Assembly: GCA_030651135.1 (NCBI GenBank)
Contig: JAUSCS010000006.1
Span: forward strand, 68,851-132,850
Direction of reading: 5' to 3'
Length of the DNA: 64,000 nt
Origin: Candidatus Woesearchaeota archaeon
Lineage (GTDB): Archaea; Nanobdellota; Nanobdellia; Woesearchaeales; JACPBO01
The notes beneath the pieces are model-generated. The model was not told the DNA's origin. It was given only the letters and a program-made list of their open reading frames with translations, and did no database searches. Position 1 is the first letter of the stretch. Each line of letters opens with the position of its first letter. Below are positions 53,231 to 61,750 of this stretch, piece by piece. The translations under genes were made by a program, and so were the position numbers.

Positions 53231-54484
53231 ATGAACATTCCCTGCATCAAGTGCAAAGGAGCGGATCCTCTAAACGCCTGCGGAAGGTCATTCTGCCCTA
53301 TAATAGCCAAATCTGAAGCAATGTTTAAGGTAAAGGAAACCATGGCCACAGACAGCTTCTTTGGAAGCTCTCCTGCTCCATTTGTAGGCAGAGTGGGTTA
53401 TCCTTTTGTCAACATCGGCATTTTGAGCCCACCTGAACATAGAGATGATGCCTGGCTTTTTGATGCTCCTAAGCATTGGGCAAATGAAAACTTCAGTATC
53501 CCTGAAATAATAGATTTTCGTTCTGCACTGATCAACTCAAGGTTTACAGCAAATGTAAGGGACAAAAGCAAATTCCTTGAAATAAGCCGGGAAGTCGGCA
53601 TGGCTTCTAAGCCTGTTGATATTGAAGTCAAGCTGAAAGACAAGCCAAGGTTCAAATTAAACACAGACCCTTATGTTGCGCCAATGGGCCCAAATGCTGC
53701 ATTGAAAAAGATTGAAATTACCGAAAATCCAAAGATTGACTTTAAAGTTGAAAAAGTTGTAGATGATTCTGATTTAAGGGCAGGCGATGCATTGATTTAC
53801 CTTTACAAGCACGATTTTGATGAGAATTTTTTAAGCAGGTTATTGAGTGTTGGAACTTTAGGATTAAAGACGGACAGAAAAGTGGTGCCGACAAGGTGGA
53901 GCATAACAGCAACAGATGACAATATTGGAAAATTCCTAATAAATAAAATAAAAACATACAATCAGGCAGATTATTGCGCATATTTCGGAGGTTATCTTGG
54001 AAATTATTATCTGATTCTTGTATTCCCGGAAGTATGGAGTTATGAATTATTTGAAACTTATCTGCCAAGAGCATCATGGAACGTAAACAGCAACGAAACA
54101 TCATATATGACTGATTTTGAGTCTTATGGTGGAAGAAAGAATTATGCCGAGAATACTTCAGGAGGATATTACGCAGCAAGGCTACCAATCCTTGAGAAGC
54201 TAGACGCGTTAAAAAGGCAGGCAAGCATACTTGTCCTCAGATTTATAACAGGCGAATATGCTGTTCCGCTTGGCGTGTGGGTTTGTCGCGAGAGTGTAAG
54301 GAAGGCAATGCAGGCAAAGCCCATTAATTTTGCATCAAAAGAGCTGATGCTAAAATATGCTGAATCGCTTGTAAAGAAGAAATTCGGATATGATCTGAAC
54401 AATATTCTGAAAAACAGCATTTTATTGAGAAACTTAAAGAAACAAACGAAATTAAACAGATTTCTAACTGCACAACATTTATAA
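53231..54484 (+). CDS. nreA: Nre family PCNA-interacting DNA repair protein
   Basis: N-terminal CxxC...CGRSFCP, LVPTRWSITA-like VPTRWSITATD, GGYYAARL, C-terminal PIP QTKLNRF. Confidence 0.88.
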   Translation: MNIPCIKCKGADPLNACGRSFCPIIAKSEAMFKVKETMATDSFFGSSPAPFVGRVGYPFVNIGILSPPEHRDDAWLFDAPKHWANENFSIPEIIDFRSALINSRFTANVRDKSKFLEISREVGMASKPVDIEVKLKDKPRFKLNTDPYVAPMGPNAALKKIEITENPKIDFKVEKVVDDSDLRAGDALIYLYKHDFDENFLSRLLSVGTLGLKTDRKVVPTRWSITATDDNIGKFLINKIKTYNQADYCAYFGGYLGNYYLILVFPEVWSYELFETYLPRASWNVNSNETSYMTDFESYGGRKNYAENTSGGYYAARLPILEKLDALKRQASILVLRFITGEYAVPLGVWVCRESVRKAMQAKPINFASKELMLKYAESLVKKKFGYDLNNILKNSILLRNLKKQTKLNRFLTAQHL

Positions 54485-54506
54485 AAACACCGTAATTATT
54501 CTCCTT

Positions 54507-55709
54507 ATGGCAACTTTAGCGTTTGAAAATCTTGAATTTCTGGAAAAAGAAAATGAAGTAGTTGTTAATTTCATGAAATACTTCTATTTTAAAATCGAAA
54601 AAGAAGATCTTGAAAAAATAGCTGATTTTAAAATAAATAAGAACAGCATAGATTTCGAGAAAATTTCTGAAAGCTCTGCATCAAATAAGTTCAATATTCT
54701 GCTTTCAAAAAAAATAACAGGATTGAAAAGCAAGATATCTGGCAATAAGACAATCTACATCCACAAAAACTCAGGCATTCCATTGATTGGCTCGAACAGC
54801 TTCGGCCTGGTTGACCGGGGAACATCATTAATAGAAATTAAGCCAATTACTGGCTGCAATCTTGGCTGCATATTCTGCAGCGTAAATGAAGGCATTGGCA
54901 CAAACAAGGCTGTTGATTTTGTCGTCGAAAAAGATTACATTGTTGAGGAATTTAAGAAATTAGTTGCCTTTAAGGGCATCAAAGATATTGAAGCGCATAT
55001 AAATGCGCAGGGCGAGCCGCTGCTTTACTCCAACCTTATAGATCTGATTAAAGATTTGAGAAAAATAAAAGAAGTTGATGTTATTTCAATGGACACAAAC
55101 GGCGTTTTATTAAATAAAAAGCTTGTTGATGAATTAGTGGATGCAGGATTAACCAGATTTAATCTTTCTCTCGTGGCATTAGACAAGGAACTGGCAAAAA
55201 AGCTTGCAGGAACAATCTATGATGTTGAAAAAATAAAAGAAATTGCTCGCTACATAGCCAAAAAATCAGAATTATTGGTTGCTCCTGTTTTGGTGCCGGG
55301 CATGAATGACAGCGAAATACCAAAACTAATAGAATTCTGCAAGGAAATAAATGCAAAAATAGGCCTGCAGAACTTCCTTAATTACAAATATGGAAGAAAC
55401 CCTGTAAAGGCAATTCCGATGGAGCTTTTCAGAAAAAAACTTGGAGAATTGGAATCAGAATATAACATAAAGCTTCTTTTGGCCAAAGATGATTTTAACA
55501 TAAGGGAAACTAAAAAGCTTCCAAAGCCGTTTAAAAAAGGCCAGATAATAAAAGCAAAAATAATGTGCGAAAGCAGATTAAGGCAGGAAAAGATCGCTGT
55601 TGCTGACGAAAGATGCATTACAGCGCCAAACTGCAGCCAGGAGAGCGGCATTGTAAAGCTGAAAATAACAAGGGATAAGGACAATATTTTCTATGGCGGA
55701 CAAGTTTAA
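54507..55709 (+). CDS. Radical SAM protein with C-terminal TRAM-like domain
   Basis: CNLGCIFC (CxxxCxxC), AHINAQGEPLLY, SMDTNG. Confidence 0.9.
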   Translation: MATLAFENLEFLEKENEVVVNFMKYFYFKIEKEDLEKIADFKINKNSIDFEKISESSASNKFNILLSKKITGLKSKISGNKTIYIHKNSGIPLIGSNSFGLVDRGTSLIEIKPITGCNLGCIFCSVNEGIGTNKAVDFVVEKDYIVEEFKKLVAFKGIKDIEAHINAQGEPLLYSNLIDLIKDLRKIKEVDVISMDTNGVLLNKKLVDELVDAGLTRFNLSLVALDKELAKKLAGTIYDVEKIKEIARYIAKKSELLVAPVLVPGMNDSEIPKLIEFCKEINAKIGLQNFLNYKYGRNPVKAIPMELFRKKLGELESEYNIKLLLAKDDFNIRETKKLPKPFKKGQIIKAKIMCESRLRQEKIAVADERCITAPNCSQESGIVKLKITRDKDNIFYGGQV

Positions 55710-55809
55710 CACAACATAGTAGTGAAAACCGAAAGGTTTTTAAATAAAGCCATAAATCTGCTTCTATTGGGATTTTTTCTATTTGGAAAGATTCTAAGGT
55801 TTTTGAAAA

Positions 55810-56637
55810 ATGAAAGAAATAAATGAGAGATGGCTGGCTAATGGATCGATCAATATAGGTGATATTACATCAAAATCCGCTTTGCTGGGCAAAGCCATAG
55901 ATGACATTCTTAAAGAAGATGGCATTGAAAAGCCAACAACACACAGGATTCATAGGGAGATGGCGCGCATTTATAGAGGAAAACTTAATGATGCCATTAA
56001 AGATGATAGCTTCGTCAGAGCAGAAATCATAACGCAGACCATGATCAACTCTTACAATCCTGCAGAAATCATGTTTTGGTATGACAACCCCGATTTCAAA
56101 GATGAAGAAGACGGCGATTATCACCATAACAGTGCTGGGAAAGACAAAATAAAAAAGATAAGAAGCTGCGCTGAAGACCTGCAGGCAAGCTTAGGATCAT
56201 TCGAAGATAAACTCTATGCAAAGCGCCCTTGGGAAACCGAAGGTATATTTAAGAAGATTATGGGGCATATATGCAAAACCGATGTAGAAACGCATGCTAA
56301 GGCTGTAAAAGATGATATTGTCGGAAGCGAGTATAAAGCATTTATTTCATCTATAGAAGACATCACATATGACGTAAGGCGAGCCATAGTAAGGAAAGAG
56401 GGCGGAACTTCAGATTTGAAAACAGCGCTAAATAAAATAGATGATTTACACAAGAAATATAATGAGAGATTTTTAGGGGAGAAATATCACGATGTCTGTA
56501 AAAGAACGAGGGTGGCGGCTGAGAAATTTCTAATAGATGTGGCGCTTTTGAGGACTGTGATCATGAGGTATTTGAATTATAAAGATGGTCAGAACTCTCT
56601 ATACGAGGCGCGAATTAATAAGATGTATATTATGTGA
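55810..56637 (+). CDS. Hypothetical protein
   Basis: 275-aa ORF with an upstream TATA-like TTTAAATA; no family recognised. Confidence 0.62.
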   Translation: MKEINERWLANGSINIGDITSKSALLGKAIDDILKEDGIEKPTTHRIHREMARIYRGKLNDAIKDDSFVRAEIITQTMINSYNPAEIMFWYDNPDFKDEEDGDYHHNSAGKDKIKKIRSCAEDLQASLGSFEDKLYAKRPWETEGIFKKIMGHICKTDVETHAKAVKDDIVGSEYKAFISSIEDITYDVRRAIVRKEGGTSDLKTALNKIDDLHKKYNERFLGEKYHDVCKRTRVAAEKFLIDVALLRTVIMRYLNYKDGQNSLYEARINKMYIM

Positions 56638-56672
56638 TGTAAACGAAATCATAGAACTCTGTATTATTTAAT

Positions 56673-56805
56673 TTAACTAACCTTTAGACCTCTCTCAAGT
56701 TCTCATTAAAAATTAAAAGAAAAAAAGTTATCAAACCTTATTGCGCAGCTGCTACAGTTATGTCTGTCAAGCTTGTGCCGGTTACAGTTACTTCTGCTCC
56801 CTTCA
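56673..56805. repeat. Second copy of the S-layer gene 3' end plus downstream region (partner 57983-58125)
   Basis: 56738-56805 matches 58058-58125 at 67 of 68 nt. TCTCTCAAGTTCTCATTAAAAA is identical in both, and weaker homology extends out to TTAACT. Confidence 0.92.
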
Positions 56806-56851
56806 CTATGCGGTAAGAGCCCCATAATCTCTGAAATAGGCGAAAGGTTTA

Positions 56852-56886
56852 TATGTATGTACACATTTATTATGCGTATATACATA
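56852..56886. promoter_or_regulatory. Candidate autoregulatory operator of the RHH antitoxin-like gene
   Basis: IR TATGTATGTAC...GTATATACATA (10 of 11 match) just downstream of a TATA-like TTTATAT. Confidence 0.5.
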
Positions 56887-56899
56887 TGGAGGAATAAAA

Positions 56900-57133
56900 A
56901 TGGTAACCATGACTTTAGCAGTCCCGGATGAATTAAGGCATAAAATGGAAACGTTTCCAGAAATTAATTGGTCCGAAGTAGCTAGGCAAGCATTTAATCT
57001 GAAAATCAGTGATTTGGAGTTTTTAAGAAAATTTAAATCCGAAAGCAAGTTTACGGAAGAAGGTGCTCTAAAGCTAGGTGCAGAAGTGAGTAGAAACCTC
57101 GCTAAGAGATTCGCCCAAAAAAGAGGCAATTAA
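56900..57133 (+). CDS. RHH/VapB-like antitoxin (orphan)
   Basis: MTLAVPDELRHKMETFPEINWSEVARQAF; GGAGG RBS. Confidence 0.75.
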   Translation: MVTMTLAVPDELRHKMETFPEINWSEVARQAFNLKISDLEFLRKFKSESKFTEEGALKLGAEVSRNLAKRFAQKRGN

Positions 57134-57213
57134 ATGGTTACTAATAAAGGCAGGTATAAATTATATCGTTTGACAGAATAGGATGAAAGGATAGTGAATA
57201 TTATTGCTAAGCC

Positions 57214-57468
57214 CTAATCAATTAACTCTTCAATCTCCCTTATTTTCTTAGGATTCAGGCTGACTTCCAACCCATAATGAGTGGGTTTGGATAAAAGTAT
57301 CTGCTCACTAAGAAGCTCTTCTATTGCCTTTTTAACCTCTCTGGAAACCCTTAATTCATTAGATAACCCTTTTGGAAGGTTATTGATGTTTGTATGCTTA
57401 TGAAGCCACATTCTTTTTCTGTATAATTTCCTAACAATGAACTTTTTTATAACCTGCCTTTCATCCAT
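57214..57468 (-). CDS. Small basic hypothetical protein, paralogue of 2569..2823
   Basis: 84 aa, full-length similarity to the 2.6-kb ORF. Confidence 0.72.
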   Translation of the reverse strand: MDERQVIKKFIVRKLYRKRMWLHKHTNINNLPKGLSNELRVSREVKKAIEELLSEQILLSKPTHYGLEVSLNPKKIREIEELID

Positions 57469-57603
57469 GCAAATCTATGAAAAGGAGCACTCATATTTAT
57501 AGTTTTCGTTTTGTAAACCATGGTTATTAAAATAGAAACATTTATATACTTTTCTCATTTACTTCGCGTTAAGGTGTTCAACTTGAACGAAAAACAAACA
57601 GAA

Positions 57604-57927
57604 ATGGTGGAAGAGAAAAGCGTATTTGTAGAATACTTTGGAGATTACCCTTTGATTAGGGTGTTGGATTTCTTAATTTTAGGCAGGGACATGGATTACA
57701 GTATGACGGATATATGCGACAATTCATGTGTCGGTTGGACAGCCTTTTCCGATATATGGCCGCGTTTGGTTGAAAAAGAGATAGTAATCTTCACGAGAAA
57801 AATAGGAAATGCAAAATTGTTCAGATTGAATGTAAAAAATCCCTGGGTAAAAGAACTTATAAGGATGGACCACGTTATTACAAAATTGGAAACGGAAAAA
57901 TTTATTTCTACAGAAGTTACAGTTTAG
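57604..57927 (+). CDS. Winged-helix protein, paralogue of 2929..3243
   Basis: IRVLDFLILGRDMDYSMTDI...IGNAKLFRLN; ATG at 57604. Confidence 0.8.
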   Translation: MVEEKSVFVEYFGDYPLIRVLDFLILGRDMDYSMTDICDNSCVGWTAFSDIWPRLVEKEIVIFTRKIGNAKLFRLNVKNPWVKELIRMDHVITKLETEKFISTEVTV

Positions 57928-58057
57928 CCATATAACAAATTTTGTTTAATAATCGCAGTGCGCACCACCAAAAGCATTTCAGTTAACTGATCTTTAGTCT
58001 TCTCTCAAGTTCTCATTAAAAATAAAAGAAAAAAAAGAAAAAAAGGTAAAAACCTTT

Positions 58058-60463
58058 TTATTGCGCAGCTGCTACAGTTATGTCTGTCAAGCTCGTGCCG
58101 GTTACAGTTACTTCTGCTCCCTTCATGCTTGAAGCATACTTGCTCCACTGCGAAGCTACTCTGCTGGCTCTTCTTGTGTCTTCAGCATTGTATCCAGCAA
58201 CTAGCATTGCAACTTTGCCTGCATTTTCATACAGCTTTACCATTGCTTTGCCTTCTGTGAAATCTTTGCCGCATGGGCTTGGACTTCCCATTATTGCTGC
58301 TGCTGCTGTGTTAGCACATGGTCCGCCTATAATGATGGCGTTCTGAGCTTTTATGTCAGCAACTTCGCTGTCTAGCTTGGCAGTTCCAACATTCCAAACA
58401 TTGACTGTTTGTGTTGTAGTTCCGCCGCTTGTGGTTGTTGTTGCTGCAGTTGGTGCAACGAATACAGTATATGCTGTTGCTGCGGAAGGATATAACAACT
58501 CCAAAATATCAGTGTCTGTGTTGTACTTCACATATGTACCATATTGGGACATACCCCTCTGGTCATATGTGCTTCCAATTGTGCCCATCGCTAAACCATC
58601 TCCAGTAGGCGTAGCAACCTGCATATCATACTTGCTGTCTGCAATTTGGTTCAACGTAATGTTGATGTCGTTACCAGCATCACCTAATTTCTGGTTAGAA
58701 GTGCCAGCTGCAGTCAAGTTGTAGTAGTCTCCATCATTGTACTGTGTCTCTTGCGTAATGGTAATGTTGCAACTAACAACACCACTTACCCCTGTCAAGT
58801 TAGCTGGGAACGCTATCTTTTCCCCGCCTTTAGCATAAACGTAGTTCTGCAAAGCTTTTCCACCAGAAGATGTTGTGACGTTTATACCACTATTTGTGGC
58901 ATTTACCATAACATTGTAGGTATACCCATCTAAGCTGAATGTTGACGAGTTTGTCGAATCCAAGCTTAATGTCAGGGTGTCACTGCCAGATGCTATGTCT
59001 TTTATCTTCACTTCAGGCGAACTTGAACCTGCATTTATCCTTTTTACTTGCATAATGTGCGAATAACCGCCTTGGTCGATTATGAAGTAATCGTTTTCTA
59101 CCATTGCAATTTGTCCACTAGCAAAAGATAAATTTGTCCACAATTTATAGCTGTCTACTCCAAGATCACAGTTCGCAGTTCCACTGGTTGCTGTTCCTTT
59201 TAAGAACTTAGTGGAGTATTTTTGGCCTGCTTTGTTTGTGAACTCTATCGCTGCAGTATCTTCGCCAGTTGGATAGATCTTTATCACATCTCTGCTTGCG
59301 TCATCAAGTGCGGGTGTTGTCCCAGTAAAAGACCACTTGAATGTGCCGAATACAGGGTCTGTAAACGATTCACCGCTTTTCAGATATCTGAATTCTGGGT
59401 CCATATTGTATGGCTCTACTGCTATTGCAAGCTTCGTTATCGTAGAACCACTAACGCTTGCCACCACCGTTGTTCCATCTATGTCTGAAGATGCCATTCT
59501 TGCAGCTTCTCCATTTCTCAGTATTAACTTGTCTGAGCCGATGAACAATCTTACAGCGCCGCTTGTTACTGGTGTTGTATAAGCAAATATGTCTCTTACA
59601 TACACTCTTATTCCGCCTAATACAACTACTTCGCCAGCTGTTACTGAAGCAGATTCTCCATTAACTTTGATTGTTGCAGTTGAAGTTGTTGTTCCTGTGT
59701 TTACACCTGTTACTTCAACCGAAACATCTGTTCCTGCAACTGTTACAGTTATAGCTTCTCCTGCAGAGAATGTTTGGTCTGTTCCGCCGCCGAATAATAC
59801 AAGCCCAGTTGTGCTGTTTACAACTAATTCAGCATCAGTTCCTGCAAATGTATATTCTTTGCCGAATAATGTTATCAGCTTGTTGTTTAGCTTTGTTGTT
59901 GTAACTGCTGAAGGAAACTCTATTTGCGCGACATACTTTGCCCCGCTTGGCAAATTAAGATACACTTGAGGATCGTTTGATAATCCTGTTGGTGTTCCAA
60001 ATGTAATTTTCGCTGTCGAGTTAAGTATGTTTATCTTTTGGTTATAGTCCCAAGCTGTGCCATCTTCATCTGTAATAGATCCGCTAGCCAATACCTTTGT
60101 CAAATCAGATGATGTCAGTGCTGTTTTAACAACACTTAATGTCTGGCCCAGATATAGCTTCTGTCCTGCTGTCTCGACTTTTACACCGCCTTCCAAAACT
60201 GTTGTTGTTGCTCCTGATGTTGTTGTTGTAATAGATGCTGCTTGCAATGCTGTTGCAACGTCAATAGCACCTATTATGTCTTCTGAAGACGCAGCTTTGC
60301 CAACTACAAGTAAGGCATTAAACTTTCCATCAGTCCCAATAAATAATGGGCTCGGGTACTGACTCAAGTCAGCTGCTGCTACTGCACCTAGGATTGTAGC
60401 GCCTAACATTGCTGCGCCGGTTCCTATTGCAGCGATCCTCTTTATTGCTTTTTTTACGTTCAT
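58058..60463 (-). CDS. S-layer protein (Methanococcus-type N/C domains)
   Basis: Signal KKAIKRIAAIGTGAAMLGAT, VVGKAASSEDIIGAIDVA, IIIGGPCANTAA, MLVAGYNAEDTRRA; Thr/Ser/Gly-rich; GGAGGTG RBS. Confidence 0.9.
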   Translation of the reverse strand: MNVKKAIKRIAAIGTGAAMLGATILGAVAAADLSQYPSPLFIGTDGKFNALLVVGKAASSEDIIGAIDVATALQAASITTTTSGATTTVLEGGVKVETAGQKLYLGQTLSVVKTALTSSDLTKVLASGSITDEDGTAWDYNQKINILNSTAKITFGTPTGLSNDPQVYLNLPSGAKYVAQIEFPSAVTTTKLNNKLITLFGKEYTFAGTDAELVVNSTTGLVLFGGGTDQTFSAGEAITVTVAGTDVSVEVTGVNTGTTTSTATIKVNGESASVTAGEVVVLGGIRVYVRDIFAYTTPVTSGAVRLFIGSDKLILRNGEAARMASSDIDGTTVVASVSGSTITKLAIAVEPYNMDPEFRYLKSGESFTDPVFGTFKWSFTGTTPALDDASRDVIKIYPTGEDTAAIEFTNKAGQKYSTKFLKGTATSGTANCDLGVDSYKLWTNLSFASGQIAMVENDYFIIDQGGYSHIMQVKRINAGSSSPEVKIKDIASGSDTLTLSLDSTNSSTFSLDGYTYNVMVNATNSGINVTTSSGGKALQNYVYAKGGEKIAFPANLTGVSGVVSCNITITQETQYNDGDYYNLTAAGTSNQKLGDAGNDINITLNQIADSKYDMQVATPTGDGLAMGTIGSTYDQRGMSQYGTYVKYNTDTDILELLYPSAATAYTVFVAPTAATTTTSGGTTTQTVNVWNVGTAKLDSEVADIKAQNAIIIGGPCANTAAAAIMGSPSPCGKDFTEGKAMVKLYENAGKVAMLVAGYNAEDTRRASRVASQWSKYASSMKGAEVTVTGTSLTDITVAAAQ

Positions 60464-60610
60464 GCTTAAACACCTCCGTGTTTTACTTAGCATTATTCCA
60501 AAAAGGGAACATCGTTCTCTTTTTTCACAAACTTAGATGGCTGTAGGAAGCTTGCTCTTCTGCAAACTATTCCTATTTCTAAGTTCTTATCATCTACAGT
60601 AAGGAACTAG

Positions 60611-60626
60611 TTTATAAACCTTTCGT
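60611..60626 (-). promoter_or_regulatory. Candidate BRE/TATA of the S-layer gene
   Basis: Minus-strand CGAAAGGTTTATAAA about 150 nt upstream of the ATG. Confidence 0.55.
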
Positions 60627-60808
60627 AAGCAAAGGCACACTATAATCGTTAAACTTAGCGATAAAGCGTATCTCGTTAAAATTTTTAGTTTCTGGATAGT
60701 TGTTACCTACAAATAGAGAATCAAGAAAACATCCAAAAAACAGCATTTTCAAGCCCATTTTAAGCCACATAGCGCACCAATATTTTGTATATCAGTATAC
60801 AAAAAATA

Positions 60809-60966
60809 TGCGGAGTGCAGGACTTTCAGTTGCTCTGCAACATTCGAACCTGCGTAGGGACTGACCCAATAGGTGTCTTAATATCATTGGAAGCTGCTTC
60901 CTCAACACACCTAAGCTTGGATGATCTTTCGATCTCTATCCCGTTTGGCCACTCCGGCAACTCCGC
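60809..60966 (-). tRNA. tRNA-Leu(UAG) with three introns (30/31: 60917-60935; 37/38: 60875-60909; 59/60: 60823-60842)
   Basis: GCGGAGT/ACTCCGC-A73 and variable arm GGG/CCC. BHB helices GGAT/ATCC, CTTA/TAAG and TTCG/TGAA each have 3-nt bulges. The spliced 84-nt product has arm ATAGG-CTTAGGA-CCTAT. Confidence 0.93.
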
Positions 60967-61086
60967 ATAGTACTGATAAAAACCAACTATTATATATAAT
61001 TAACGCATTGGGGATGCTGAATTAATTGTTATTCTTGCTTAAGAAATTCCACAATAAGAATTACGTAGTTATTGCTTATTTATAAA

Positions 61087-61108
61087 GGTTTCCAATATAT
61101 TGGAAACC
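61087..61108. promoter_or_regulatory. Perfect 22-bp palindrome next to a TATA-like box
   Basis: GGTTTCCAATATATTGGAAACC followed on the minus strand by TTTATAAA. Confidence 0.55.
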
Positions 61109-61131
61109 CTTGGCTATTGTTTATAGTTCTA

Positions 61132-61248
61132 TCAAAAACCACCATTCTCAGCTATATCTGATAATGAATATTCCAATCCTCTGCCCTCTATTAATAAGTC
61201 TAAAACTCTTATTGCGGGTGAATCTTCAAATGCTTCTCTAAATGCCAT
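61132..61248 (-). pseudogene. Truncated third copy of the winged-helix regulator family (2929/57604 type)
   Basis: MAFREAFEDSPAIRVLDLLIEGRGLEYSLSDIAENGGF*; stops before the recognition helix and wing. Confidence 0.78.
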
Positions 61249-61268
61249 TTTCCCCAATGAGCCCTTAT

Positions 61269-61439
61269 CTATTTCCCAGGCTTCTTCCAGTTATACTTCC
61301 TTAACCTGGCGCTTGCTCCATAGCCGCATGAGCTGCATTTGTGCTTGCTCATGTGAAATGTCCTTTTCCCGCATCTGCGGCAGTATATCATGTTCTTCTT
61401 GCCGCTCTTCTTGCCCATTGAAGCTGTTCCCTTGACCAT
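61269..61439 (-). CDS. rpl37e: 50S ribosomal protein L37e (not in the ORF track)
   Basis: MVKGTASMGKK...CRRCGKRTFH...CSSCGYG.S.RLRKYNW; follows the Sm gene as is usual in archaea. Confidence 0.95.
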   Translation of the reverse strand: MVKGTASMGKKSGKKNMIYCRRCGKRTFHMSKHKCSSCGYGASARLRKYNWKKPGK

Positions 61440-61446
61440 TTTGACC

Positions 61447-61674
61447 TTATGCAGAACTAATCAGAATTATCGTGTCGCCTCTTACAAAGGCCGCTCCAAT
61501 CTTTCTTTTGGTTTCCCCGGCTTCTCTTTCCTCAGCCTCATCAAGAACAACGTTAATGTGGATGTCAAAAGATCGTATAATGCCAACAAGCTGCTTTCCA
61601 TTTTTCAGCTCAACTATTACTCTTTTATCGCGCCACTTGTTCAGCGCATCTAACGGCCTTGATTGCTCAATCAT
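61447..61674 (-). CDS. Sm/LSm-like RNA-binding protein
   Basis: RPLDAL, VELKNG, SFDIHINVVLDEA, FVRGDTI; GGAGG RBS; ATG 61674. Confidence 0.93.
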   Translation of the reverse strand: MIEQSRPLDALNKWRDKRVIVELKNGKQLVGIIRSFDIHINVVLDEAEEREAGETKRKIGAAFVRGDTIILISSA

Positions 61675-61750
61675 TTTTACCTCCAAAAAAACAAAATTAA
61701 TTAAAAGCATGAAATTGGCAATTGTATTTAAATCTATCGAAAACTGACTG

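Noticed and set aside
56738-58125. S-layer 3' duplication as a DGR template/variable repeat pair
   Set aside because: There is only one internal mismatch despite many adenines, a flanking difference runs in the non-adenine direction, the homology includes the downstream non-coding region, and no reverse transcriptase is in the window.
58080-60362. Several plus-strand ORFs within the S-layer gene
   Set aside because: They are antisense shadows of a codon-biased gene and have no motifs or RBS.
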